Positions 1 through 11,637 of a stretch of DNA of 64,000 nt are shown one piece after another. The DNA is taken from the NCBI GenBank assembly GCA_964019425.1, contig OZ025797.1, forward strand, positions 372,001-436,000, written 5' to 3'. The position numbers and the translations under genes were made by a program. A model generated the notes under the pieces. That model ran no database searches and was not told the origin of the DNA. It was given only the letters and a program-made list of their open reading frames with translations. How positions within the stretch are numbered: the first letter of the stretch is position 1; every line of letters starts with the position of its first letter. The DNA is from Flectonema sp. DT1601. Lineage: Eukaryota.

Positions 1-1515
1 GAACAACTAGTCGATGTTGGTGTATCACAACCTGATGTGGTTACGTCACGTAATGTCGTACATACCGCATTGAAACATGGATGTGAATAGAGGAATATAT
101 ATATTTTGCACGGGAAATTCGGTGGCCCTCTCAATTTAAAAAAAAAAAAAAAACGTTAGCAATCTTTATTCATATTTTACCCCCCCCCTTTTTTTTCCCA
201 TTCCAAAACGTTTCTTTCCACTTCCCCTCTTCGCCAGATTAGATGATGAGAGATAGCTGTGGGAATTAAGTAAATGAAAAAAAAAAAAAAAAATTAAAAT
301 AGCTGTGTGCCCTTATACTGATGTTCAGACTTCGTTACTGTACGTTATTGAAGTACTAATGGTAATTTTTTTTTTTTTTTAATTTTATTTAATCATTATT
401 TTATTAAATATTTATACTTAATATTTCAAACACTATTGAGTGACGTTTTTTTTTTTGTTATTACTATTTTTGTTCTACTGTGTCAGCGCAACGTTAGCAC
501 CCTTTACTTTGTAAGCTTGTTTTCGGTTGCGCGCAAACAAAAACAAAGTGTGAGAATTATATGGTGGAATGTCGATTTTTTTCCCCCCTCACCCCTTTTT
601 TTTCTCGTTCTGGTGTGGAGAGTAACAGCTCTGTTCATCTTTTTGTCCCCCGAAAGGAAATATTTGCAGAACATTTGCGATGTTATTGTTGCCGTAGTGT
701 CAACAAGTGTTTGTTTACCATCTGCATTGATATTCTTACATAAACAAGTTCTATAAAAAATCAATTACTGAGTTTTTTTTCTTCTTTCAGTTCCTTTCTC
801 GATGGGAATTAACCCCTTTTTTTAAACAATCAAGTTCTGTGACATAACTTAGCACCAACTCACTATCTCGATTTGCTGGTACAGGCATCCTTTACAGTGG
901 ACTACGACGCATCTTCGATTCCCACTCTCTCGTTCTTGATTAATTAATTAATGATTAATGAATGATTTTTTGGATGTTTCGTCTTCGCAATCCACATCTG
1001 TCCTTATTAGTCCGGGGAAAGAAGAAAAAAAAAAAAAAAAAAAAAAAAAAAGGTGCAGAATTTCTGACTGGAAAGAGAGAGAGAGAAAAAAAAAAAAAAA
1101 TAACAAAAATGCAAAAACATCGATCTTCATCACGGTGCAAGTTAAAGGGATTTTCTTCAAAACTTTTAATGTTTCAGTGATGTATCTAATGCCCCAGGCA
1201 TGGTCGTTTACGTACATTCTTCTTCTTTTTTTCTTTTTTTTCTGCCCTCTTGACGCCGTCCTTTCTGTCTGTAGCTTTCCTCTCTTTTCCAAACGATTTT
1301 TTTTTTTTTTTTTTTTTGTTTTGTTCCCGTCCACATGATGATAAACTCTAAAACTTAACGTAATAAATAAAAAAGCATCGATTTCTATCTCCAGATGTAC
1401 AAAATTATGTTGCATCTTCAACAGGAGCAACAACAACAACAACAACGTTTCGTGTTTATTAGTTTTTTTAATTTATTTAAAAACCTAACATTTTTAGTAG
1501 TAAAAAAAAAAAAAA

Positions 1516-2832
1516 ATGTCGACTGACGCATTTGGTCTTGATGACGTGTTTAAAGATGTTCAGGCGGATGTTGCTGTAGCCAGATCAGATAAAATATCGA
1601 ACAGTAGCAACAGTGACGATGAGTCTGAATCTTTATCGCAATCAGAATCTCTGCAATCTTTATTAGAAAGTGAAGAGCTAAGTGAAGTATCAGTCTCTAG
1701 TGAGGAATGGATTACTGATGTCGTTCAGGATTCACCACTTCTAAGCTCAAAGTCTCATGTAACAACTTATGAATTCACTCATAAATCAGACAGAGATAAG
1801 AGAGGTGTTTTATACTATTTGGGACTCAACAAGAGAAGACACAACAGCTGGAGGAATCCAGCAGATACAAAATTAGTTAAAGTATCAGCTTCAAGTAGGA
1901 GAAAAGGTGAACTGAATCACTTCACTGACAGGTATCCCGTTGATCAATGTCTCTGTACAGACAATATAGAGGAGTCTTGGATTTCTATTGATCTAAAGTC
2001 ATACGTTTGCGCACCTCACACCTACACACTGTCAAATAGATGTGATAAAAGTCGGGACATACTCGAATCTTGGAACTTAGAAGCCTCAATCGATAAATGC
2101 CTCTGGGTCATATTGGATCAAAAACAGAACTGCACATCTCTTCACAATAAAGTCTCATGTACATTTAAAATACCTCAGTCGAAGTACTTCTTTCGCTATT
2201 TTCGAATTAAAATGGCTCCGTCTGGTAACACTGCAAAGAATGACATCCTCGCCTGTAGTTGTTTTGAATTGTATGGTTACTTGAGGAAGAGAAGAACTAC
2301 TGAGTCAAAGAAAAAAGCTGCTCTTCCTCCTACTTTAGAACGACCGATTATGAATGAGTTGGGTATTAGTATATACAATGCGAGACAGAAGGAGGTTGAA
2401 TTTCGTAAAATGATTCAAAAAAAGTTTGAAATGAGTGCAAAAGCTGCAGCGCAAGCTCGTCGTGAAGCCGCACGTGAAGAAGAACATCGCCGAGCACGAG
2501 AAAAGCGAGAGAGACAAATTACATTCGAAAAGGAACGAGCTCGCGAACGCAATCGACGCAGAGAACGCTCTCGCCGAGAAGCAGCTGCCCGCCGTCAGCC
2601 TCATCCAAAGCGGTCGTTTGTGAAACCATCTGCCACGACACCTCCGCCTGGTAACAATCCCCCAAAGGTAGATAAGAAACAAAAAGAGAAGAAAGCAAAA
2701 TCTGACAAGAAGGAGAAGAAGGAAAAAAAGGAGAAGAAAGAGAAAAAAGAAAAGAAGGACAAGAAGGAAAAGAGTAAGCGATCGATGGACACTGCTCCTA
2801 CTAAGAGACAAAAACCTGACGACATAAAATAG
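1516..2832 (+). CDS. Protein with F5/8 type C / galactose-binding-like domain, coiled coil and Lys-rich C-terminus
   Basis: 438-aa ORF. Motifs GVLYYLG..WRNP..VKVSASS, SWISIDLK, YTL, SWNLEAS..W, FRYFRI and FELYG resemble the discoidin-like domain of HECTD1/BTB-type proteins. KEK repeats at the end. Confidence 0.65.
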   Translation: MSTDAFGLDDVFKDVQADVAVARSDKISNSSNSDDESESLSQSESLQSLLESEELSEVSVSSEEWITDVVQDSPLLSSKSHVTTYEFTHKSDRDKRGVLYYLGLNKRRHNSWRNPADTKLVKVSASSRRKGELNHFTDRYPVDQCLCTDNIEESWISIDLKSYVCAPHTYTLSNRCDKSRDILESWNLEASIDKCLWVILDQKQNCTSLHNKVSCTFKIPQSKYFFRYFRIKMAPSGNTAKNDILACSCFELYGYLRKRRTTESKKKAALPPTLERPIMNELGISIYNARQKEVEFRKMIQKKFEMSAKAAAQARREAAREEEHRRAREKRERQITFEKERARERNRRRERSRREAAARRQPHPKRSFVKPSATTPPPGNNPPKVDKKQKEKKAKSDKKEKKEKKEKKEKKEKKDKKEKSKRSMDTAPTKRQKPDDIK

Positions 2833-3160
2833 CAATTTTTATTTAGTACGCATCAAAATTTCGGCAAGTAAAATTCCGTAAAATGCATAGGTCGGTGTAT
2901 ACCGCTGTCTATGGCTTAGTTTAATATTATGTTCTAGGTTTGGTCAGCACGTTATGTGGAAAATGACCGCTTGAGTTTCTTATTATGATACTAAACAACC
3001 TTTTGGAACACGTAATCCATTCTAACTCTCACAGTCCGACCGGATTACGATTTCGTGCGCAAACAAAGTAGTAATTTTGGGAAAGGCAAAATCATGTTTT
3101 CGGAAATCTGATAAAAATATTATTCATATTTTCTTTTTTTTTTAAAACAGACCCTTAACA

Positions 3161-4444
3161 ATGAAGGTAAATGTAAGGAAAAAGCAATTCCTATTTATGA
3201 TAAGCCTGTTGGCTGCAGGATTTATAACTTCATTAGTTAGTTCCTTGGGTGCTACCAGAGGGATTGTCTCACCACAGTCATCGAGTATGACTGCTAGAAG
3301 TGGCTCAACTACATTCAAGCCAAGGACGACTAAAATATTACCAAACAGAATTGTTAGTAGGAACTTCTCAAGTAAGCATTTAGTAGTTTCGCACTTTAAA
3401 GAAAGCTTACAGTGGCTTAATGAGGGATGGGGAAGCGACTACACACACACGGTATATGAAATGGGACGTGAGAACGGAGTCATTCCTGACTTCAGTGACA
3501 GCTACACCCAACGATTAGAAGAAGATGGCAGCCGTTATTACTTAACAAATTGGGGAGATGAGAGTAGTGGATATTTGAGATTTATTATTGATTACTACGA
3601 CGATCTCCCTGATATAACCGTATTCCTACACGATGCTCCTGAAAAACACAACAGAGAAATTAAAAAATGGATTCCATGTCTCCGTCCTGACACGTGGTTC
3701 ACATACGTCACACGATCGCGAATAGAAAATCGTTGTATTATCGACTCAAATGATCAGTCACTTGTCCCAAAATTTGATAACGGAGCCTTTGTAGACTATT
3801 GGTCAAGGTTTCCTTGGGGTGAGTTAGGTTTGTCAAGAATTCCGCGTTGTTTATCATTTTATTGTTGTGCTCAATTCGCTCTTTCTAGGGAAGCGATTCG
3901 ACATCGTCCTCTCAGTTTTTATAAAGCATTGTGGTCGCTTACTGTGAACTATGTTCTTGATCAGAATATTGCTAGAAAGTTTAAGGGTTGGTCTCTGAGA
4001 CAGATTGGAGGTGTTTTTGAACATTCATGGCATGTGATATTTGGGGAGACGATGATGATGAGTCCTTACAACTACTGCGATTACTATAAGTCATCTTGTG
4101 GTCCTTGTAGTGGTAAACAGACAGAAGCACTTCCTCCCAACAACCCAGAGTCAGAAAATCATAAGATTATTGGTATTCGCATATCTGAAGCTTGGCTTGC
4201 TCCGAACTGCCATCAGCCAAAACCAGCGGAGGCTTCAGATTTTCTCAAAATTGTTAAAACTGCTTGTGATTCTCACAATTATTGTAACTTTAAAATACCA
4301 GCAACACCAATTGAAGGATGTCCAAGTGACTATTCTTTTATTGTTATTTGGCTATGTCCTGATCGAAAGGAGCGAAGCCTAACAATTTCATCGGTTGCGA
4401 TGCAACAAACAGCAGTACTGAGCTGCGACGGTAAAGCTACATGA
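3161..4444 (+). CDS. DUF3431-family type II membrane protein with Cys-rich (SUEL-lectin-like) C-terminus
   Basis: N-terminal TM segment. Motifs NWGDESSGYLRFIIDYYDDLPDITVFLH, CCAQFALSREAIRHRP..FY and FEHSWHVIFG. U-rich tract and AG shortly before the ATG. Confidence 0.75.
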   Translation: MKVNVRKKQFLFMISLLAAGFITSLVSSLGATRGIVSPQSSSMTARSGSTTFKPRTTKILPNRIVSRNFSSKHLVVSHFKESLQWLNEGWGSDYTHTVYEMGRENGVIPDFSDSYTQRLEEDGSRYYLTNWGDESSGYLRFIIDYYDDLPDITVFLHDAPEKHNREIKKWIPCLRPDTWFTYVTRSRIENRCIIDSNDQSLVPKFDNGAFVDYWSRFPWGELGLSRIPRCLSFYCCAQFALSREAIRHRPLSFYKALWSLTVNYVLDQNIARKFKGWSLRQIGGVFEHSWHVIFGETMMMSPYNYCDYYKSSCGPCSGKQTEALPPNNPESENHKIIGIRISEAWLAPNCHQPKPAEASDFLKIVKTACDSHNYCNFKIPATPIEGCPSDYSFIVIWLCPDRKERSLTISSVAMQQTAVLSCDGKAT

Positions 4445-4840
4445 TGACTACGTACTATCCTCTTGTTTGATCAACAAAAAAACATGATCTTTTTTTTTCT
4501 TTTTTTTTTTTTTAAAAAAGGGAATCCTGACTTTATGACTTTATTAAAAACACCTGTTAGAGTTTGGAATCAATTGTAGTCGATTGACATCATTTTCATT
4601 ATTAAAAAAAGAAATTATTATTTTTCAATTCTTCCCCAAGTTTTTTTTTAATAGGACTTTTTCTTGTAACAAAATTACCACCAGAATTGCTAACTGGAGA
4701 GGTGATTCAGTCTCAATAATTGACTGATTGACTTCTACACCATGGCTGATACCAGTCACTTCAAAAAGGGGTAAGCTAGTCATCAACCTTCTAATTTCTA
4801 ATAAAGGTTTTATAACAACAACAGCAAAAATAAAAATAAA

Positions 4841-6982
4841 ATGAAACAGTTTTATAGATCGATAGCAATAATACAATGTCTCGTTATAGTTATGATAATA
4901 TCGATAATGAATAAGGGAACTGACACGATTGCTATTAAGATGGTCACAGCTGAGAGAATAGCAAGTGTTGGGATGAGTGTTTGTAATAATGGAATTTCGG
5001 TAACCGATCGAGTGGCACTGTTCAGTGCTGTGAATAACAGTGACATACGAGGATCAACTGAGGGTGCTGTAAAACTACTTAGACGAGCAAGACTGATGTC
5101 AAGAGTATCATTTCAAGCAATGATTCTTGAAGTATCGACATCACCCATACCACCAAATGCGAGAGAAGTTTTACAAGGATCTGGTTGGCAGATCTGTACT
5201 GTCTCTCCACTTGGATCTTCTGATGAGGATTATAATCGTCTTCGAATGTGGAGGTTTACTTCCATTAAAACGATTGTTTTCATTGATCCTTCAACTCATA
5301 TTGCTGGTGATATCACTAACTTACTAAACTTAACACTACCTGGTCAATCTAGAATTGGAGCGACCCTTCGATATGATGAAAAGAAATCAGATTGGAGTAA
5401 CTCGTTTGGAACTCAGGTTTTTATATTTCATCCATCTACAACTGTATGGCATTGTGCTGAGGATATGGTATATGCTGTGGGGACTGCTATTAGGGAAATG
5501 ACTCCCTCGTCTGGATTCTTAACAATATCTAACAAATTATTCACTCGAAAACACTGGTACGATATCGGGTTTGAATATGCTGCTGACACAACTCTGATTG
5601 AAAAGCTTCCTTCTTTTTGGGAAGCACATCTTGGCGATATAAAAATATTTACGTATCCGGTATACTCTCTTCCATGGGAACCAGGCACAAAGAGTGAAAG
5701 GAATTCATGGTGGAATTATGAACGTAACATAAGTCAAATAAGCCCATCGACTTCACTTTACAGACATCTATGGGGTCGTAAAGTAGGCTCTCTAGTAGAT
5801 GGTCCACAAGGATTGTTTGATGATCAGGTCTCTCTTACAAAACGAACATCAAACGAGGGATTGTCCCATGCGCTGCCTCCTTCAGTTCATGTGCCTGGCC
5901 CACCTGCTGTTGCTGATTACGATACCAATAGAATTTATTCCAGTGACCGGAGAAAGAAGCGTGTACCGCTCATGTTCGGTTCCGTGCATAGTGATATTTT
6001 CCCAGATGATGCTCCTCCTGAGAAGAGCTGGAAAATATTAATTGGGATTCCCTCAATTGATACTCCTGGAGGTGCGTCACTTAGAGAATTTCAGAGAATG
6101 ACCTGTTTTAGGGATGAAATGGTTTGGAATTACAGGAAAAGACCAGACTCTAGAGTTTTAGTAAAGTACTTCTTGGGATATCATCCCGATGAAAACTACA
6201 GCACCTCATCACGCATTGTCGATGAAGGTTCTCGCACAAAGGACATAATCTGGCTAAATTTAAGAGAAGGACAATCAGCCAAACCTGGAGAACTTCTCTT
6301 CGAGAAGAAACCATTAAGCATTTTAATAGGCATGTCAAGAAAGACATACGCCTTCTTCTCATATGCAGCTGATAATTACAAGACGGATTATTGCGTAAAG
6401 TCTGACGATGATACGTATTTGAGAATAAGAGTGCTGTTGAGAGAGCTGGATGCTGCTCGTATGCCGAGAGTTTTCTATGGTCGGGCAATGATTTATGATC
6501 GAATTCCGGGAATGTTTAGAACAAGTGGAGCTCTTATTGCTTTAAGTTTTGATTTGGTTGATTGGATAAGAGATTCAACTAAATCTGAAAGTCTCACTGA
6601 TTTTGCTTTTGAAGATATGCTTCCAGGAATTTGGTTTTACGAAGGTGGTCTCTCTCCTTTAGTTCGAAATATATCAGATTGTCGAATGTTAGAAAGAAGT
6701 GCATTAATTCCAAGGTATTTAAACTACTCTTCTGCTGTTGGGTTTCATGCTTTCAAAGGAAAGCGAACTCATCAGTTTTTTGATATGAGGGATTTACATA
6801 CAGATTATCACATCCCTCCAGTTCCTATTAGAACAAGACAAAATCTATTACCTGGTGAACATGTTGAGTGGGTTATGAGGGAGATGTGTCCTCAGTCAAC
6901 TGTAAAGAAACTAAACCTACAAATACCATACGGTCCGCTAACAGAGTACATCTTAAAGGAAGCTCAAGAAGTAAGTGCCTAG
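4841..6982 (+). CDS. Two-domain glycosyltransferase: degenerate GT8-like domain + GT31/GT67-type UDP-Gal/GlcNAc transferase
   Basis: N-terminal signal anchor. RLRMWRFTSIKTIVFID is GT8-like. LIGIPSID..R..QR.TC, KSDDDTYL and FEDML.G.W are GT31/GT67 motifs as in kinetoplastids. Confidence 0.7.
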   Translation: MKQFYRSIAIIQCLVIVMIISIMNKGTDTIAIKMVTAERIASVGMSVCNNGISVTDRVALFSAVNNSDIRGSTEGAVKLLRRARLMSRVSFQAMILEVSTSPIPPNAREVLQGSGWQICTVSPLGSSDEDYNRLRMWRFTSIKTIVFIDPSTHIAGDITNLLNLTLPGQSRIGATLRYDEKKSDWSNSFGTQVFIFHPSTTVWHCAEDMVYAVGTAIREMTPSSGFLTISNKLFTRKHWYDIGFEYAADTTLIEKLPSFWEAHLGDIKIFTYPVYSLPWEPGTKSERNSWWNYERNISQISPSTSLYRHLWGRKVGSLVDGPQGLFDDQVSLTKRTSNEGLSHALPPSVHVPGPPAVADYDTNRIYSSDRRKKRVPLMFGSVHSDIFPDDAPPEKSWKILIGIPSIDTPGGASLREFQRMTCFRDEMVWNYRKRPDSRVLVKYFLGYHPDENYSTSSRIVDEGSRTKDIIWLNLREGQSAKPGELLFEKKPLSILIGMSRKTYAFFSYAADNYKTDYCVKSDDDTYLRIRVLLRELDAARMPRVFYGRAMIYDRIPGMFRTSGALIALSFDLVDWIRDSTKSESLTDFAFEDMLPGIWFYEGGLSPLVRNISDCRMLERSALIPRYLNYSSAVGFHAFKGKRTHQFFDMRDLHTDYHIPPVPIRTRQNLLPGEHVEWVMREMCPQSTVKKLNLQIPYGPLTEYILKEAQEVSA

Positions 6983-7193
6983 TATCTATACAGTTGATAG
7001 TAGTGGTGTTAGTATTCCGACTCTTGTTGCACATCATAAAAAGAGAGAGAGTTCGTTGTATGGTACTATTCCTAGGCGTTTACCGTTTGTATAACACAGT
7101 CACCATTATTATTACTTGGTGGGTCTTAAATGTGTGCGAGCGTTTTCGATGTTGTCTCGGCACACAAATTTCCTTCAGTTCGAATTTTTAGTT

Positions 7194-7227
<34 letters not shown>

Positions 7228-8333
7228 GGTTTAAATTTACACTTCTAATCTGTTTAAAAAAAAAATAAAAAAATAAATAAAAAAGGTATTTTTCCGAGGG
7301 GGTGAATCTTCTTGGCAGATACCTCTCTTACACGCCCAGCGATTCCCTTATTTGTCTCACAACTATTTATCGCTCGATCTTTCGTTTTTGGGATGAGTGT
7401 GATCAGCCTCCCTGTTTCCATTTTTTTTAAAAAAATTAATTATAACATATTCTCAAGAATTCACCTTAATGGATAGCTCGCTGTAGGGGAGGTCATTCTC
7501 TCTAAGGATTTTTTTTTCTTCTTTTCTATTTTTCTTTTCTTTTTCCCGTGAAAGAATACATAAATTAACTATCAGAAACGCAACTTAATGTTTTTCTTCC
7601 CCCCTCCCCTCATTCTATTCACGTGAGGCGGCTTAAGATTACATAGCCGGCAGCTACACGACAAATGAGCAAATTACGTGTTTTTTTTATTTTTTATTTA
7701 TTTATCCAATTATTGTCTACCCCTCCCGTTACATATTTCTTAAACCAATATCTAACTAGTAAGTGATTAATAAGATGCTTTGAGCGTACCCCTCCTTTAA
7801 TATTATGTTCTTTTCAACCAGAAAATACAACATTTGGAAAAAAAAGAAAAGATTTCTTTTTTTGAAGCGGTATTAGAAAAGCTGAGTTCATACCTTCCGT
7901 GTCTTCCACGATCTTGTCTTCCGGCAGACACGATTCTGCTCAAAAGGGAGTCTGAGTCCCACCCCCTTGGCTACTATAGGGTATCCACAACTCGTTACTA
8001 CTTGTGTAGAGGCTGCGACACCATTCATCTGCTGTTTGAAGTCATTGTGAATGACGAAGTGCACACGAATATTACTAAGTAGACCAACTTGAGTCTCGTA
8101 CAGTTGATAAGTTGCCTATTTCTTCTGAATTTTCTGATAATAAATATTATTCTCGACCAGTCAATTAGTATAGTGTTTGCATTCTCTAAGTGTTAATTAG
8201 TTTTCAGGTGTTTAAATAATGTGATGCAACTCTCGTTGACGAAGTGTACGGAGTGGTGGTGTCTGTTAATATATTTTTAGCCGTAACAGGATAGTAAGAA
8301 AATAAAATAAAAGGAAGAGTTTGATAAAATAAA

Positions 8334-10058
8334 ATGAATAAACTCCTTAAGGTTTGCTGGTGCTGTATAAATGCTGGAATCAAGGAGGATGACAGCCCAC
8401 TGCAAATGAAACGTAAGAAAGTTTTTACTGTAATATCTTTTGTTGGAGTTGTTACATCACTGCTTGCGCTCACACATACAATTCCGAATGGAGTGTATTT
8501 TTTAGTGATAGGAGAAAGCTCGGCTTTGATTATTAGCAGTTGTTCCTTGGTACGCCTCTGCGTGTTAAAATATCAGGCAACTGATAAGTTTATTTATGTT
8601 TTATGTTTGAGTTACTGCATTTCTATTGCAATAGCTGACTTCGCGGCATCACTTTCTGCCCTAGCTCCTACTTGGCCATTGTTTGTATTAATTACTGATG
8701 TCCTTCTGTTAGCAGAGACTCCTCCAAAATCATCAGCAGCCACAGTTTTTATTTGTTGCACATGGCTAACAATGCGAGCCTCAGAACGGATATTCAGGTT
8801 CGGTTTGTATGACTTTTCATGGGGAGTACCTGATCAGGCCGCTCGACATGAGTTGTGTGGGTGTGAAACGATGCCATGCTCTGTAGATTTTACAGAAGGT
8901 TTTGCTGATTTGGGAACCGAGGTTGCTGTTTTCGTCATCGATTTTCTTTGTACTCGTGGGTTTGCTTTATCTGTTTTGGAAGAAAAAAGAATAATCTTGG
9001 CATCTATCGACACGTCTAATCACATCGCAAAGTCACTGTCGAGGTTTGACTTGGAGATGGCTTCAGAGCTGTTGGATGAAGCGGTGATTCCGGATGAGCT
9101 GAAATTCTCATTCGAATTGATTCTGGAAAATCTGAAGTCGTACCGACCCTACCTTCCTCAATCTTGCTTTCCTGAAGTCAATCAAGAAGTTGATAGCTCA
9201 CAATATTCTGTATCTTGTAAAATGAGTGGAATCTCAGATACGGTAAGTTCTAGTGAATCGAAGCCTACTAACATCCGCAAACCTTTTTCTGAGATATCTG
9301 TGTCGCTTCTGGTTGCTAATGTGAGAAACTCATTAGTGGTATTGCAACACAGTCAGAAGTCATTCATGGATCTCATCAGTGATTTGGTGTCAACGTCATT
9401 CACAATCATCTGTAGGAACAGGGGAACACTTGACCTCTTCCTGGGTGACCGAATCTTCGCTAACTTCGGGGCAACGAGAGTCCACTCTGGACACGCACTT
9501 TCTTGTGTGGAGGCTGCGAAGGGGATTGCCAAGTCGTCGGCGGGTATCCTCATCCCTTATCAAGGTGAAAGCGCTACACTGTCGATCGACATCGGAATGG
9601 GAAGCGGAAGACTACACTGCGGTGATCTGGGTAGTGATATTATGATACGATACAGCTTCATCGGTAAGCTGGCTCACTTGGTGAGTGTTGTTGAGAGAGC
9701 TGCCTGTAAAATGAACATCACTATGCTTTGTGAAGGCGGGTTGTATCGCCAAGTTAGGGAATCGATTGAGATTTGTGTACATCTTCAGACCATCCTCCAC
9801 CTGGACACCATTCAGCTGTTGTACGAAGTGATTGCAGGTATCCATGAAGAGGAAGCCTTTCCAGAGGAATGGATGTACCAACTTGAGTCTCGTGGAGTTG
9901 GTAAGTGGGACGCATTTAATAAGGTTGCTAGTGCTCTGTTGAAGGGCGAGAAGGTATCAGACATTGGCAACCTATCAGAAGAGACTGACTTTCGAATGGA
10001 GCAGCTTCAAATTATTGTGAGGGACGGTGTTTTGACTCCTTTAGTATTCGAATGCTAG
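8334..10058 (+). CDS. Membrane-anchored class III nucleotide cyclase-like protein
   Basis: Several N-terminal TM helices, NLKSYRPYLPQS linker, then a cyclase fold with GTLDLFLGDRIFANFG and IGMGSGRLHCGDLG..RYSFIG. Confidence 0.7.
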   Translation: MNKLLKVCWCCINAGIKEDDSPLQMKRKKVFTVISFVGVVTSLLALTHTIPNGVYFLVIGESSALIISSCSLVRLCVLKYQATDKFIYVLCLSYCISIAIADFAASLSALAPTWPLFVLITDVLLLAETPPKSSAATVFICCTWLTMRASERIFRFGLYDFSWGVPDQAARHELCGCETMPCSVDFTEGFADLGTEVAVFVIDFLCTRGFALSVLEEKRIILASIDTSNHIAKSLSRFDLEMASELLDEAVIPDELKFSFELILENLKSYRPYLPQSCFPEVNQEVDSSQYSVSCKMSGISDTVSSSESKPTNIRKPFSEISVSLLVANVRNSLVVLQHSQKSFMDLISDLVSTSFTIICRNRGTLDLFLGDRIFANFGATRVHSGHALSCVEAAKGIAKSSAGILIPYQGESATLSIDIGMGSGRLHCGDLGSDIMIRYSFIGKLAHLVSVVERAACKMNITMLCEGGLYRQVRESIEICVHLQTILHLDTIQLLYEVIAGIHEEEAFPEEWMYQLESRGVGKWDAFNKVASALLKGEKVSDIGNLSEETDFRMEQLQIIVRDGVLTPLVFEC

Positions 10059-10077
10059 CCTAGTGTCAATGCAGAAG

Positions 10078-10260
10078 TGACATTCCCAAAGTGTCAGTCA
10101 CATTCGGACTTGCCATGGCGACTAGTGAAGAAGTTAACCGAGCTGATTAGCTTCTTCCCTGTAGCTTCTGAAACTCAGCACCACGAAGAGAGCGGTATAC
10201 TGAGTATGAAATCTTTCAATGGTGAGTTGCTGTTGCCAACCTGAAAAGAAGTCATAATGT
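10078..10260 (-). pseudogene. Possible decayed DNA-transposase fragment (Sola-like HGK..CD motif)
   Basis: My minus-strand translation reads ...SSVNFFTSRHGKSECD*HFGNV with in-frame stops. It resembles the FF...HGK..CD..G signature of Sola2-type transposases. No TIRs identified. Confidence 0.3.
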
Positions 10261-10785
10261 TTTCAGCACGTTCTCCTCTTTTTCTCGATTCTTGGATGAG
10301 TTTGATGGTACTGGAAGCCATTTCTTCTTGAATCTTCGGGTGTTACAACTGAGGGACTGCCACTAACATCTACCTTAGCATCCTTGTTCTTCTATAATTC
10401 CTTTCCTGTTATCCGTGCATTTGCTATTAAAATCTCTTTTTTTTGAGCTGGCGATTATTTCGAACCTTTCTGTTCTGTTATCACTGTTATCACTGTTACA
10501 ACAGAAGCTGGTTCGAAGAAATAGTTTTTTAATTTCAGCCATTGTGTAGACTGTTCCTATTTAGTATCGTCAGATAGATTTCCATCCATCTTGATGGGTA
10601 CTTGTTATTGTTTTGTTACAACTGAATCTTTTATTTCCGTATATTAGTTATGTGCGTCTTCATGTACAAGTTTAGGCAATACTCCTGAAACAACAATACA
10701 CATTCCACAGTACAGTGGAACAGCAGAGTAATATTTATTTAAGATCTTGTACACTATCCCATATCAAATTCATTATAACTCTCTA

Positions 10786-11322
10786 ATGATGATCTATCTG
10801 GTAGCTGTTGCTGCGGGAGTACTAACTTTCTACTATATTTGCCTCTCACCTCTCAATAATTTCCCTTACCAACACACAGTTGCGTACATGCCGAGAGTGA
10901 TTGAAGGTGGTGTTCCGTTTGTTGAGACTGTGGTAGGAATAATTGATGTAAATGTAGCTGGTATGACGTATTATAAATTCAACTCATCATTGATGAAGTC
11001 TGGGAACACAATAATCTTCGAGAGAGAATCCTCAAATAAATTTGATTCGAACGCAATAAAAGTTATCCACCAACCAGATAACCATTCTACTGAACAGATA
11101 GGACACCTACCACGTTCAACTAGTGCAATCTTATCGTCTCTTATTGATACCAAGACTATAAACATTGAAGGTTATATTAGTGTGATAACTTCGAATATGA
11201 AACAACTAACAATCACCATCACTGTGTACTCTCTATTGCAAAGTGTAGTTTGCGGGAAAACGAATTCCTTAATGCAATGTCCTGGATGGATTGCTGCTTC
11301 TCCAATGAATTGGAAGTGTTAA
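10786..11322 (+). CDS. Stand-alone HIRAN-domain protein with hydrophobic N-terminus
   Basis: VAGMTYY..GNTIIFERESSNKFDSNAIKV..IGHLPR..SAILS.LID matches the HIRAN pattern. First ATG is at 10786. Confidence 0.7.
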   Translation: MMIYLVAVAAGVLTFYYICLSPLNNFPYQHTVAYMPRVIEGGVPFVETVVGIIDVNVAGMTYYKFNSSLMKSGNTIIFERESSNKFDSNAIKVIHQPDNHSTEQIGHLPRSTSAILSSLIDTKTINIEGYISVITSNMKQLTITITVYSLLQSVVCGKTNSLMQCPGWIAASPMNWKC

Positions 11323-11637
11323 TTTCTCCAACGTGGTCTTTAGCCACGATTGACGTTTGATATTAAATAAATGTTTCCTCTGATCAGTGTGTCTCTGTAC
11401 TACTTCAGAACACACACTAAAGTTCAAAAATCTCTCACAAAACCCTAGCTCTTTTCTTGTCTTCTTATTTTACCGTCTCAAGAAAAAAAAAAAAAAAAAA
11501 AAACTGTAATTTAGAGCGTGCGTTGTATTCTAACACTGCTCACGATCATTATACAGTAATTTTTTAAGGTGACCAGCACAATGTAGTTGTTGTTATACTT
11601 AGAGATTTTTATTCAACTCAGGGATGTTAAATGTAAA

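Noticed and set aside
436..1445. Overlapping short ORFs upstream of the first gene
   Set aside because: Dominated by poly(A)/poly(T) runs with non-ATG starts and no coding signal.
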